A DNA stretch of 64,000 nt from an uncultured Bdellovibrionales bacterium (GTDB lineage: Bacteria; Patescibacteriota; Minisyncoccia; Moranbacterales; DUUL01), in the NCBI GenBank assembly GCA_964421125.1, contig CAYQVD010000003.1:5779-69778 (forward strand), in the 5' to 3' direction. Below are positions 20,394-29,830 of the stretch, in pieces. The notes under the pieces are model-generated. The model saw nothing but the letters and a program-made list of their open reading frames with translations, was not told the DNA's origin and ran no database searches. How positions within the stretch are numbered: position 1 is the first letter of the stretch; each line of letters opens with the position of its first letter. A program made the position numbers and the translations under genes.

Positions 20394-21143
20394 CTAAGGG
20401 AATCTAAAAGCAAAAAGGGAGTCTTTGAAATCTTTTTTTTCTATTAAATCTCTAAGATTTCCTGACCATTCTTTGATCCATTTTTTTAACCATTGTGAGG
20501 AATCAGGATCATAATATTGTTGTCTGAATCCTAAAAGGATAGAGCGCTCGGATGTTCTTACTTGAATTGTTCGAAGTATAAGTTCTGCTCGATTGCGAGT
20601 ATACTTCAAATAAGGAATTTCAGAGGAGCGGTCTTTAATTATATGATTTTCTATTTCTTTATCTGAAGAGGTTGTGTCTGTATAGAAAATCATACATTCT
20701 GGCTTATTTCCTAATCTAGGAATCGCAAGAAATTTCAGAGTTTCAGGTGATAATTCACGGAGTTCTTCAAAGGACATATCAGGAGAATTATCTAGCTTAA
20801 TAAATTTAGAAAAATTTTCCATGGCTTTATAAGGGAGCAATTTTTCCTTATATTTTGATATTTCTTGTTGAAGAAATTCCTGTTTCTTTTCCCCTGTTTC
20901 AATCTGCAGTTGCATGAACATGTTCATGCTAAATACAAGAAGAGCAAGGAATGCAAATGAAGGGACTGCAATACAGCTGATGGTCATTGTTTTATCAATT
21001 TTGATTTTCGATGCTCCATTTTTATGAGCATCAGCAGTTCTTTGGTGTATTATCACCATTAAGATTAACACCATAATTCCAATTAAGGCTATGGCAATCT
21101 CAATAATGGGAACTAATGTATCAGTGAAAATCGTCATTGTCAT
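20394..21143 (-). CDS. Orphan membrane-anchored protein (2 N-terminal TMs, coiled coil, soluble domain)
   Basis: 249-aa ORF; SD AAGGAG; minus-strand TTGACA-N17-TAAAAT at 21232-21204. Confidence 0.78.
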   Translation of the reverse strand: MTMTIFTDTLVPIIEIAIALIGIMVLILMVIIHQRTADAHKNGASKIKIDKTMTISCIAVPSFAFLALLVFSMNMFMQLQIETGEKKQEFLQQEISKYKEKLLPYKAMENFSKFIKLDNSPDMSFEELRELSPETLKFLAIPRLGNKPECMIFYTDTTSSDKEIENHIIKDRSSEIPYLKYTRNRAELILRTIQVRTSERSILLGFRQQYYDPDSSQWLKKWIKEWSGNLRDLIEKKDFKDSLFAFRFP

Positions 21144-21203
21144 GAGAATCTCTCCTTCTCTTTTTTAGTTTAAGTTTTTAAGGTTACTTCATTTAGAAAA
21201 ATA

Positions 21204-21270
21204 ATTTTATCATAAAAACAGTGAAATGTCAAGCGGTGGGGCTTGACAAATTTTGTGGGTATGCTATAAA
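21204..21270. promoter_or_regulatory. Back-to-back divergent sigma70 promoters
   Basis: Minus strand TTGACA-N17-TAAAAT; plus strand TTGACA(21243)-N16-TATAAA with extended -10 TG. Confidence 0.7.
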
Positions 21271-21279
21271 GATACTTAA

Positions 21280-21919
21280 AGTTATTTGAAAAATTTTGTT
21301 GTTCCGGGTCGAAGTCTGCGTCATTTCAGGAAAGGTTTTTCCTGAGGCGTTGGATTTACTCGGTTTTAATGGGCGCTTGAGTTGGGAATTTCCCGTTGCC
21401 TGAACTGGACTATTCCCGTTGTTGGTTTCATTGGGAACCTCGGGATATGTATCCACATCGGCGTTTTATGGGATTTTCCTGACTCAAGTTTTTTGGTAAG
21501 TGAATTTTTTAACGAAGGAGGAATGTTTTATGAGTGTTTTTAAAAAAACCATCATAGGAACGGGAGAAAAAAATTATTTTTAAATGATAACCCGGCGGCG
21601 ACCCATGATCGCGGTGGTGGCAGTGGATCCAATCTTATTATTATAAAATAGATTCTGGAATCCGGCCGACGCGCCTGTGATTTGGCCGCGACATAATAAC
21701 TTCAAGGATTGTTAATTTTTGAGAACTTTCACTGTCGCTGGCAAACTCAATGTTTTTGTGACGGAGATAAGAATGAGGTGAATTTAATTTCAGAGTTTGA
21801 TTCATAAATTTTTATTGTCGAAGTCGCAAAAGCAATCAATACCACTGAATATTATTCAGGGGAACTCATTTTAAAAAAGAAAAACCTTTACTGCATTTAA
21901 TTTTGTAGTAAAGGTTTTT
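21280..21919 (+). ncRNA. Candidate large structured RNA or long structured leader, unassigned
   Basis: Long G-U-containing hairpins at 21304-21363, 21375-21489 and 21595-21689, further helices to ~21820; promoter upstream, terminator at 21880-21919; no + strand ORF of 60 aa or more. Confidence 0.5.
21880..21919. terminator. Intrinsic terminator-like hairpin
   Basis: AAAAACCTTTACTGCA..TGTAGTAAAGGTTTTT. Confidence 0.7.
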
Positions 21920-21964
21920 ATTTTAAATTGATATTTTAATAACATTTAAAGGAAAGGAGAGCGA

Positions 21965-22135
21965 ATGAAGAAAATATCTGGTGTTAATAATGCTGAGGAA
22001 GAGAGAACTATTGATATTGGAATAACAGTTGAAACCAAGGTGCCAGGACTTATTCCTCCTGAGCATGTAAACAGGGTTGGATTTATGATCGTAGGGTTTT
22101 TTCGAGCTTGCACCTTGGGTCTTAAGGACAGGTAA
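21965..22135 (+). CDS. Small protein, 56 aa (MKKISGVNNAEEERTIDIG...), not in the ORF track
   Basis: SD AAAGGAG before ATG; terminator 15 nt after the stop. Confidence 0.6.
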   Translation: MKKISGVNNAEEERTIDIGITVETKVPGLIPPEHVNRVGFMIVGFFRACTLGLKDR

Positions 22136-22150
22136 AAAAATAAACGAACA

Positions 22151-22185
22151 CCCGGAAGCTCAGTGAAGCTTCCGGGAGTTTTTTT
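22151..22185 (+). terminator. Intrinsic terminator
   Basis: CCCGGAAGCT-cagtga-AGCTTCCGGG followed by AG and T7. Confidence 0.85.
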
Positions 22186-22420
22186 ATTTTAAAAGGAGAT
22201 ATGCTTATTTTATAGAAGATGCGTCATGGGGATTTTTCTAAAAAATAAAGTAAAACAGGAGTAAAAGTTCAAGTTTAGAATGCACCACTTTTAAATATTT
22301 CATTAGGAGTTGAATATTTCTTTTTAAGTCTTTGTTTTGTTTAAAACAAGGGTTTTAAAAGGGAAGGGTTCCCTTATTATATTTATTCTTTGAAAATTTT
22401 TTGGAAAGGGAGAATTTAAG

Positions 22421-23098
22421 ATGAAAAACGTATTATCTTTTGTTTTGGCTATCGTTGCTTCTTTAGTATTGACTGGAAGTTCTTTTGCTCAGGAAAATGC
22501 TACAGAGAAGCCGCCTGTATATGAAGCTGCTGAATTACTCATTAAGCCCGCTGTTTCATATGAAAAAATGAAAGAGGCTTACGGAGATGCTGTTATCTGG
22601 GAAAAAGATGATTTTCATTTTTTTCCTCGTGTTGAACTTCGATCTGGGGACGTTCTTTTGATTGATGGTAGACATGATAATATCAATAAAAATGCTTTCA
22701 TGGATGGACGTGTGGACTTGGTGATTGTTCAGAAGGGTGATAAAACTGTTAGAGAGGAATATCTCATAAATTGTCCATATGACAATTACTTTAAGGTTAA
22801 AGTTGATAAATTAATCGAGAAGTATATTGAGATGGCCCAAAAAGCTTTTCTTGCCAAGGACGCTTTTGTGGAAAAGGGTATTTTTAAGGGAAATCTTAAT
22901 CACTTAGGGTATTCTCTTATAATAGCTGAGGAAGGAATTGCGTTTACAGTTGTAGGCGAAACCAGTAAAAACCTGATTTCAATTACAATAAGTGATTCTA
23001 ATTATAAAATTGAAAAAAAATTCCTCGACCTTGGAGCGGTCGTGGAAAAGGAGATATTCCAATCTGAAATGGATAAACTGCTTGGTGAGCAGTTGTAA
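22421..23098 (+). CDS. Orphan secreted protein
   Basis: Sec signal peptide MKNVLSFVLAIVASLVLTGSSFA/QE; SD GGGAGA; terminator at ~23127-23168. Confidence 0.8.
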   Translation: MKNVLSFVLAIVASLVLTGSSFAQENATEKPPVYEAAELLIKPAVSYEKMKEAYGDAVIWEKDDFHFFPRVELRSGDVLLIDGRHDNINKNAFMDGRVDLVIVQKGDKTVREEYLINCPYDNYFKVKVDKLIEKYIEMAQKAFLAKDAFVEKGIFKGNLNHLGYSLIIAEEGIAFTVVGETSKNLISITISDSNYKIEKKFLDLGAVVEKEIFQSEMDKLLGEQL

Positions 23099-23260
23099 TA
23101 ATTTTTTATCAATCAGTTTCAAAACTAATAATCGTTTTACTCATAATAGGTAAAGCGGTTATTTTTTTACAATAAATATTTTTTAAGAAGTTTTTTTGTT
23201 TTAAACGGTGTTTATGATATAATCAACGCAGAACTAAATAATCAAACAATAATAAAAAGC

Positions 23261-24388
23261 ATGAAGAAAGTTGCCTTGGTGCATGATTTTTTGACTTCGT
23301 ATGGGGGAGCGGAAAGTGTCTTGAAAGAATTTGGTGAAATGTATCCGGATGCTCCGGTTTATACAATGATTCAGGATAAAAAAGTGTTGGATGAATTTGG
23401 AGAAAATTGGTTTTCAAAAAGAGGACTAGAGACGTCTTTTCTTCAAAAAGCTCCAAAGTTTTTCAAGAAACGAAAAAAGTTTCTTTTACCGTTTATGACA
23501 GTAGCGCCGGAGACCTATAATCTTCGTGATTTTGATTTAGTGATTTCTTCTTCTGGAGCTTTTTCTAAGGGTATTGTTGTGAAACCAAAAACGATTCATG
23601 TTTGCTATATGCATTCTCCAATGCGTTATGTTTGGGATTGGTATCATGATTATTTAGAAGAAAATAAATTGAAAGGTAAAATAAAATTTTTTACTCGATT
23701 TGTTTTGAACTATGTGAGAATGTGGGATCGATCTAGTGCGCAAAGACCAGATTTTTTAATTGCAAATTCGAATTATACTGCTCGAAGAATTAAAAAATAT
23801 TATAGACGTGATTCAAAAGTGATTTATCCACCAGTTGAAATTAATGATATCAAGCCTCAAAAAGAAAATAAGGGATATTTTATGTTAGTGGCACGACTTT
23901 CTCCTTATAAAAGAATTGATGTGGTTATTAGGGCTTTTCAAAAACTCGATTTACCACTTGTGATTGTTGGTGAAGGAGGGCAAAGAAAAGAATTGGAGGA
24001 GTTAATTGTTCAAGGAAAAAATTTTAAAATAAAGCTAGTTGGATGGAAGAAGCGAGAAGAATTAGTAAAATTATATCAAAATGCTCGAGCATTTGTTTTT
24101 GCGGCTGAAGAAGATTTTGGAATTGTAGCAGTTGAAGCAATGGCAGGTGGAAAACCAGTATTGGCTTTGAAACGAGGAGGACTGAAGGAGATCGTGAAGG
24201 AGAATGTATCAGGATTGTTTTTTGATGAGCCGGTAATGGAACTTGTTGCAGATGCAGTTCGAAGATTTATTAATAAGGAAAAAGAATTTGATTTTGAAAT
24301 GATCAGGAAAGAGTCGGAGAAGTTTTCTGTTGAGAGATTTAGGAGGGAGTTTCATGAATATGTGAACGAAGTAACTGGTAATTTGTAA
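23261..24388 (+). CDS. Glycosyltransferase family 4 (mannosyltransferase-like)
   Basis: ALVHDFL...GGAE; HSPMRYVWD; EDFGIVAVEAMAGG. Confidence 0.92.
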   Translation: MKKVALVHDFLTSYGGAESVLKEFGEMYPDAPVYTMIQDKKVLDEFGENWFSKRGLETSFLQKAPKFFKKRKKFLLPFMTVAPETYNLRDFDLVISSSGAFSKGIVVKPKTIHVCYMHSPMRYVWDWYHDYLEENKLKGKIKFFTRFVLNYVRMWDRSSAQRPDFLIANSNYTARRIKKYYRRDSKVIYPPVEINDIKPQKENKGYFMLVARLSPYKRIDVVIRAFQKLDLPLVIVGEGGQRKELEELIVQGKNFKIKLVGWKKREELVKLYQNARAFVFAAEEDFGIVAVEAMAGGKPVLALKRGGLKEIVKENVSGLFFDEPVMELVADAVRRFINKEKEFDFEMIRKESEKFSVERFRREFHEYVNEVTGNL

Positions 24389-24404
24389 TTTGAGGATAAG
24401 AGGT

Positions 24405-24482
24405 TGAACTGTAGGTGATACGTTTTCTCGCAAAACTTCATAGGAATGTCATACTGCTCGAAAATGTATCACCTACAGTTCA
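24405..24482 (+). repeat. Palindromic element, TTTTCTCGC...CTCGAAAAT family
   Basis: Arms TGAACTGTAGGTGATAC / GTATCACCTACAGTTCA around the shared core. Confidence 0.85.
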
Positions 24483-24514
24483 CTAAGTTTTTAATAAACA
24501 TGGAATAATACCAA

Positions 24515-24621
24515 TGGATTTTCGCTGGAGTTTATCTGATTTGGGCGGGCAGGAATAATAAGAGTATTTCTGATATAATAAAGTAATAAAACTAATGGAT
24601 TCCTGCCTTTGCAGGAATGAC
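24515..24621 (+). repeat. Two tandem GGATT...GGAAT REP-like units
   Basis: 24515-24556 (degenerate, GGAGTTTAT insert) and 24596-24621 TGGATTCCTGCCTTTGCAGGAATGAC. Confidence 0.8.
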
Positions 24622-24633
24622 AGGGGTGATTTT

Positions 24634-25566
24634 ATGAAAGAATTAGGTTTAAGGGAGAAAATGTATCCAGCTTCTTGGAAGCAACTAAAAAAAGGCGCTC
24701 AGAATGAGAAAATTGTCCATGCTTTTTTGTTTTGCGGACCAGGATTTACTGGTAAAAATGACATGGCACTTGATTTAGTAGCTGTTCTTAATGGTATTGA
24801 CGTTGAGGCAAATCGGGATAAGGTTTTGAATAATGGATTTCCTGATATTGTAATTATTCGACCTGATGAAGAGATGAAGAAAAAAGAAATTGGAGTTGAT
24901 CAAATTAAGGATGTAATTAAGAAGATTGGATATTATGCCTATGATCAGAAATACAAAGTATTAATTGTTTTTAATGCTGATTTGATGAACAAGTCAGCTG
25001 GAAATAGCCTTCTGAAAACTCTTGAAGAGCCACCAGAAAAAACTATTATTATTCTTATTGCTAATCGAGAGGAGCGAATTTTAACAACTATTCGGTCTCG
25101 ATGTCAGAGAGTTTACTTTGGTCTTAAGAGAAATGAAGAAGTGAAAAATTATCTTAAAGAAAATGAAAGAATTGATTTGCCAGAGGGGTCACTGAATCAA
25201 ATTGTAGAAATTTCTCATGGGAAATATAAGTTAGCAGAGAACTTAGCATTGAGTCCAGATCTATTGGATGAAAAAAGGGAGCGAATTGAAAAGTTTCGAA
25301 AAGCTCTTAAGGGTGGAATCTCGGAGACTTTTGATTTCATTGAACAAGAAACAAAAGATGGAAAGGTTGATAGTGAGGTGCTTGAAGATTGGCTTTATTT
25401 TCTTCATGCTTTTATTAAGGAAAGCATTAAGGAGGATCGGCCGGCTCAAATGGTTGAGAAAGTTTTTGAGATGGAAAAGAGTTTAATAGAAGTTAAAAAT
25501 AAGATAGAAAATAGCAATGCTAGTCCAAGAACTTTGTTAGAGAATTATTTTGTGCAGTTAATTTGA
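24634..25566 (+). CDS. holB: DNA polymerase III subunit delta-prime
   Basis: HAFLFCGP..GK, IGVDQIK, AGNSLLKTLEEPP, TIRSRC; the ATG at 24595 lies in a repeat. Confidence 0.9.
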   Translation: MKELGLREKMYPASWKQLKKGAQNEKIVHAFLFCGPGFTGKNDMALDLVAVLNGIDVEANRDKVLNNGFPDIVIIRPDEEMKKKEIGVDQIKDVIKKIGYYAYDQKYKVLIVFNADLMNKSAGNSLLKTLEEPPEKTIIILIANREERILTTIRSRCQRVYFGLKRNEEVKNYLKENERIDLPEGSLNQIVEISHGKYKLAENLALSPDLLDEKRERIEKFRKALKGGISETFDFIEQETKDGKVDSEVLEDWLYFLHAFIKESIKEDRPAQMVEKVFEMEKSLIEVKNKIENSNASPRTLLENYFVQLI

Positions 25567-25585
25567 TAGAGTATAAAAACAAAAA

Positions 25586-26746
25586 ATGAAAACTTTTTTT
25601 TCATATTTAATAAAATTTTTATTATTTTTGTTGGTGCTTGTTTGTATTGGAGGAGTTCTTTTCCTTGGAAGAGGATTCTATTTAAAAGAAAAAAATACTG
25701 ATATTAAAATTTCAGTTGAAGGAAGATATACAGAAGAACTGATGGTTTCTAAGGGAGATGCTTTGGTAATTCAATTTTCTGGGTCAGTTTTGCAAGAAAG
25801 CGTTGAACAAAATTTTGAATTTAATGATAATTTGAAAATAGAAACAGATTGGAGAGGAAGGAGATATTTCCGAATTGAAATTGATGAATATCCAGCTCCA
25901 GGAGAAAAGTATTATATATCAATAAAAAATATTAGAACAAAATGGTATATTCCATTAGAAAAGCAGGTTGACTTCTATTTTTCTGCGGTTACTGCACCTG
26001 AGATTGAAGAAATTGAACCAAGGAATGAACAAGGTGATGTGGATTACAATTCATCGATTAAGATTGATTTTAATGGGAGAATGGGAGAGGAATATTTTTT
26101 AGAATTTAAGAGTGAGCCAAAAATTAGTTTTGATTATACGATAGCTAATGATAGGTCGAGTCTTGAAATTACTCCGCTAGAAGATTTTCAGAAAAATACT
26201 AAATATAATATTGATATTGCTGTTCGACATCGTGCTTTCGATGATTTTGAAAAAGAGATTTATAGTGGGTTTTTTGTGACACAAAGACCTCCGGAAATTG
26301 TATATAATTTTGATAAGAATGGAGATTCATTGAAAACCGAAGAGAGAGAAGAAAATATTGAGCCTCAGATATTAGAAGGGCGATATATTGATATCGATAT
26401 TTCATCTCAGGCACTTTTTATTTTTGAGAATGGTTTTGAAAAAGGAGCTTTCAAAGTTTCAACTGGGATTCGTGGGATGGATACACCGATTGGAACATTT
26501 GAAGTAATGGGGAAATCAACAAGACCGTGGTCGCAAAAATATTCTTTGTATATGCCATGGTTTATTCAATTCACAAGAGAAGGGCATGGAATTCATGAGT
26601 TGCCTGAATGGCCAGGAGGAGTGAAAGAGGGAACTCATCATCTTGGAATTCCAGTTTCTCATGGTTGTGTGAGACTAGGGGTTGGCCCAGCAAAAGTTGT
26701 TTATGATTTTGTTGAGAATGGAACTCCTGTTGTGATTCATAGGTAA
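25586..26746 (+). CDS. L,D-transpeptidase (YkuD) with Ig-like domains
   Basis: GHGIHELP...SHGCVRL; N-terminal TM. Confidence 0.9.
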   Translation: MKTFFSYLIKFLLFLLVLVCIGGVLFLGRGFYLKEKNTDIKISVEGRYTEELMVSKGDALVIQFSGSVLQESVEQNFEFNDNLKIETDWRGRRYFRIEIDEYPAPGEKYYISIKNIRTKWYIPLEKQVDFYFSAVTAPEIEEIEPRNEQGDVDYNSSIKIDFNGRMGEEYFLEFKSEPKISFDYTIANDRSSLEITPLEDFQKNTKYNIDIAVRHRAFDDFEKEIYSGFFVTQRPPEIVYNFDKNGDSLKTEEREENIEPQILEGRYIDIDISSQALFIFENGFEKGAFKVSTGIRGMDTPIGTFEVMGKSTRPWSQKYSLYMPWFIQFTREGHGIHELPEWPGGVKEGTHHLGIPVSHGCVRLGVGPAKVVYDFVENGTPVVIHR

Positions 26747-26790
26747 TGTGAATTTTCAGTTCTTAATTTTCAATTAAGACTAAGATATAG

Positions 26791-26925
26791 ATAACATATT
26801 TTCTCGCAACGCCATCAGAATGGCCTGCCTCGACGGCAAGGCGGGCGAGATCCTCGAAAATACATTCGTTATATTCTAAAATGAAAGAAGTTTTAAGGGT
26901 CTCGAAAATGTATTATTCAAAATTT
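26791..26925 (+). repeat. Composite TTTTCTCGC-family element with a nested ~22-nt insert
   Basis: Core matches 12491 but is split by CTGCCTCGACGGCAAGGCGGGC (26825-26846); TGAAAGAAGTTTT tail shared with 12573. Confidence 0.8.
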
Positions 26926-26949
26926 TATGGTTTTAAATAATGAAATTTT

Positions 26950-29697
26950 ATGAAAGATAAGAAACAGAAGGAAACTTTAGTGTTGTTGGACTCGAATGCT
27001 TTGATTCATCGTGCGTTTCATGCATTGCCACCACTTACAAACAAGGAAGGTCAATTGACGAATGCTGTTTATGGTTATGCGCTGACTCTCTTTAGTGTTT
27101 TGGAGAAAGTGAAGCCGGAATATATTGTGGCGACTTTTGATTTGAAAGGTCCAACTTTTCGACATGAGCAATATAAGGAATATAAGGCGACAAGAAAAAA
27201 AGCTCCAGATGAACTCTATGCACAGATTCCTCTCGTGAAGGAAATGCTTCAAGCTTTTAGTATTCCTATTTATGAGAAAAAGGGTTTTGAGGCTGACGAT
27301 GTTATTGGAACAATTGTTAGAGATAAAAATATAAATGGTGAAATAGAAAAAATGATTGTGACAGGGGATATGGATGCATTGCAACTTGTTGATGAAAACA
27401 CAAAAGTTTTTACGCTTCGAAAGGGAATCACTGATACGGTTATTTATGATATTGACCGAGTGAGGGATCGATATAATCTTTCCCCTCTTCAGATTATTGA
27501 TTATAAATCTTTAAAGGGTGATGTTTCTGATAATATCCCTGGAGTTAAGGGAGTTGGTGATAAGACTGCGACTGATTTATTGCTTGAATATGAAACACTG
27601 GATGGGATTTATGAAAATCTTGATAAAATTAAAGAAACGGTCAAAAAGAAACTTGAAGTGGATAAAGAAAATGCTTTCATGAGTTATAAATTGGCTACAA
27701 TCAACACTGAGGTACTAATTGATTTTAGTCTTAATGAATGTGAGGCAAAGGATTATGATAAGGAGAAATTGGTCAACTTTTTGAGAAAAATGGGATTTCA
27801 CACACTAATTAGTAGGCATTTTCCTGATTTTCAGGCAAGTGAGGATGATTTGGGAGTAAAAAAGGCTACTGAAATGTCAGAGGTGGATGTAATTAAGGAT
27901 GAAAAGGCATTTTCAAATGTTTCGAAACTTTTAGAAAGGGCTGATAAAATAAGCATTTATGGACTTGGAAGTGATGAAAATTGCTATATTTCAGAATTAT
28001 TGGGTATTGGATTAGCGATATTTAAAAAGAAGAAAATAAAGCTCTTTTTTGTTGAAAGTGGGCTTATTGAAAATTTATTGAAATTCTTGAAAGATGAGAA
28101 AGTTGAAATTGTTGGATATGACATGAAAAAAGACTTTCAATTGCTTAAAAAAGCCTTCCCAGAAGGAGTTTTCGGAAAGTTTGGCAAAATATTTGATGTG
28201 CAAATTGCGGTCTATTTATTGAGTTCTGGGGCAGGTAATGAGATTGAAAAGCTTGTGATGGAAGAGTTTGGCCAAAATTTAAAGCATAAAACCACTAAAA
28301 ATGGACAAGCAAGCTTTTTGGATGATAATTCAGAGAATAAGAAAAAAGAGACGGCCGAAATAGCTGGTTGGTCAATGGTGCTAGCTGAAATATATTCAAA
28401 GAAACTTCAGGAAATTGAAAAGAGCCAAGAGAAAGAGAATTCTTCAGTTGGCGAAGGAGACAAGAAAAATATTTTAGGAATTTTTGAGTTACTTGAACTT
28501 CCCCTCGTGAAAATTTTAGCTGATATGGAAATGTCAGGTATGCAAGTGGATAAAAATGTTTTGAAAAATGTTTCCGATCTAGCTCAGAAAGAAATTGGAA
28601 AACTTGAGAAAAATATTCATGAAATGGCTGGAGAAAATTTTAATATTAACTCCCCAGGTCAATTGGCAAATATTCTTTATGAAAAATTGAAGATTTCAAC
28701 TATTGGAATTAAAAAAGGGAAAACTGGATTTTCAACTAATGCAGAACAACTTAAAAAACTTTTTGAGCTTCATCCGATTATTCCTGAAGTTGAAAGTTAT
28801 CGAGAACTTTTTAAATTGAAAAGTACCTATGCAGATGCTTTGCCAAAATTGATTACAGAAGATGGAAGAATTCATGCCAAATTTAATCAGGCTGTCACAG
28901 CTACTGGAAGACTTTCTTCTTCTGATCCAAATCTTCAAAATATTCCAAAGCGAGGTTCTTTAGCGAAAGAAATTCGAAAAGCTTTTGTGGCGGAAGAAGG
29001 AAAAGTTTTGTTGGCACTCGATTATTCTCAGATTGACTTGAGAGCAGCAGCTCATCTTTCCAATGACAAAAAAATGATTGAAATTTTTCAAAAGGGGCGA
29101 GATATTCATCGATCCACTTCAGCTTGGGTTAATAAAGTTGACGAAGAAAAAGTGACGCCAGAACAGAGAAGTGAAGCGAAGTCTTTGAATTTTGGAGTGC
29201 TTTATGGGATGGGAATTTATGGCTTTATGCGAGACAGTGGAGTTTCGAGAGATCGAGCAAGTTTTTTTATCGAAAAATACATGGAGACTTTTTCAGGCCT
29301 TAAAGACTATCTTGAAAAAACTAAAGAATTTGCTCGAAAATTTGGATATGTTGAAACAGAATTAGGAAGAAGACGTTATATTCCAAATATCAATAATTCA
29401 AATCACATGGTGAAAAATGCAGCAGAACGGGTGGCAATTAATCTCCCGGTTCAAGGACTTTCTGCTGACATCATGAAGTTGGCGATGATCAAAGTTGATG
29501 AAGCAATTTCAGAGGGGCTTGCTAAAAAAGAAATTGCTTTGGTTTTGCAGGTGCACGATGAATTGATTTTTGAAGTGGATAAAAAGAAAGCGGACGAATA
29601 TGAAAAGAAAATTAAAGAAGTGATGGAGGGTGTTTATGAATTGAAAGTTCCGCTTGTAGTGGAAAGTTCAATAGCAGGGAATTGGAGTGAGATTTGA
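26950..29697 (+). CDS. polA: DNA polymerase I
   Basis: 5'-3' exonuclease (FEADDVIG, LKGDVSDNIPGV) and polymerase motifs (TATGRLSS, DYSQIDLR, LQVHDELIFE). Confidence 0.97.
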   Translation: MKDKKQKETLVLLDSNALIHRAFHALPPLTNKEGQLTNAVYGYALTLFSVLEKVKPEYIVATFDLKGPTFRHEQYKEYKATRKKAPDELYAQIPLVKEMLQAFSIPIYEKKGFEADDVIGTIVRDKNINGEIEKMIVTGDMDALQLVDENTKVFTLRKGITDTVIYDIDRVRDRYNLSPLQIIDYKSLKGDVSDNIPGVKGVGDKTATDLLLEYETLDGIYENLDKIKETVKKKLEVDKENAFMSYKLATINTEVLIDFSLNECEAKDYDKEKLVNFLRKMGFHTLISRHFPDFQASEDDLGVKKATEMSEVDVIKDEKAFSNVSKLLERADKISIYGLGSDENCYISELLGIGLAIFKKKKIKLFFVESGLIENLLKFLKDEKVEIVGYDMKKDFQLLKKAFPEGVFGKFGKIFDVQIAVYLLSSGAGNEIEKLVMEEFGQNLKHKTTKNGQASFLDDNSENKKKETAEIAGWSMVLAEIYSKKLQEIEKSQEKENSSVGEGDKKNILGIFELLELPLVKILADMEMSGMQVDKNVLKNVSDLAQKEIGKLEKNIHEMAGENFNINSPGQLANILYEKLKISTIGIKKGKTGFSTNAEQLKKLFELHPIIPEVESYRELFKLKSTYADALPKLITEDGRIHAKFNQAVTATGRLSSSDPNLQNIPKRGSLAKEIRKAFVAEEGKVLLALDYSQIDLRAAAHLSNDKKMIEIFQKGRDIHRSTSAWVNKVDEEKVTPEQRSEAKSLNFGVLYGMGIYGFMRDSGVSRDRASFFIEKYMETFSGLKDYLEKTKEFARKFGYVETELGRRRYIPNINNSNHMVKNAAERVAINLPVQGLSADIMKLAMIKVDEAISEGLAKKEIALVLQVHDELIFEVDKKKADEYEKKIKEVMEGVYELKVPLVVESSIAGNWSEI

Positions 29698-29765
29698 TTT
29701 AGTTTTTTTGGGGGTAGAATTTCTTGTAATTAGTAATTTGTGAATAGGTACTTTAGATAGAAAAG

Positions 29766-29802
29766 AAAAAAGCCAGTCGCGTTTTAGCGATTGGCTTTTT
29801 TT
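29766..29802. terminator. Bidirectional intrinsic terminator
   Basis: AAAAAAGCCAGTCGC..GCGATTGGCTTTTTTT. Confidence 0.8.
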
Positions 29803-29830
29803 GATTTTAAATTGATGATAATATTATATT

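Noticed and set aside
20900-21143. Resemblance of the 20394 protein's TM pair to cytochrome c oxidase subunit II
   Set aside because: Only spacing and a mid-helix Pro match; there is no CuA motif and no other oxidase gene.
21229-21456. 75-aa minus-strand ORF
   Set aside because: It is antisense to the structured region and runs across the divergent promoters; the G-U pairing favours a + strand RNA.
21280-21919. RNase P, tmRNA, SRP RNA or group II intron
   Set aside because: No GAGGAAAGUCC with a matching 3' P4 strand, no tRNA-like T-arm/CCA end, no SRP GGAAG-AGCAG loop and no domain V; the near-match at 21471-21481 is part of a hairpin.
24595-24633. N-terminal extension MDSCLCRNDRGDF on HolB
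   Set aside because: It is the translation of a REP unit; ATG 24634 is the more likely start.
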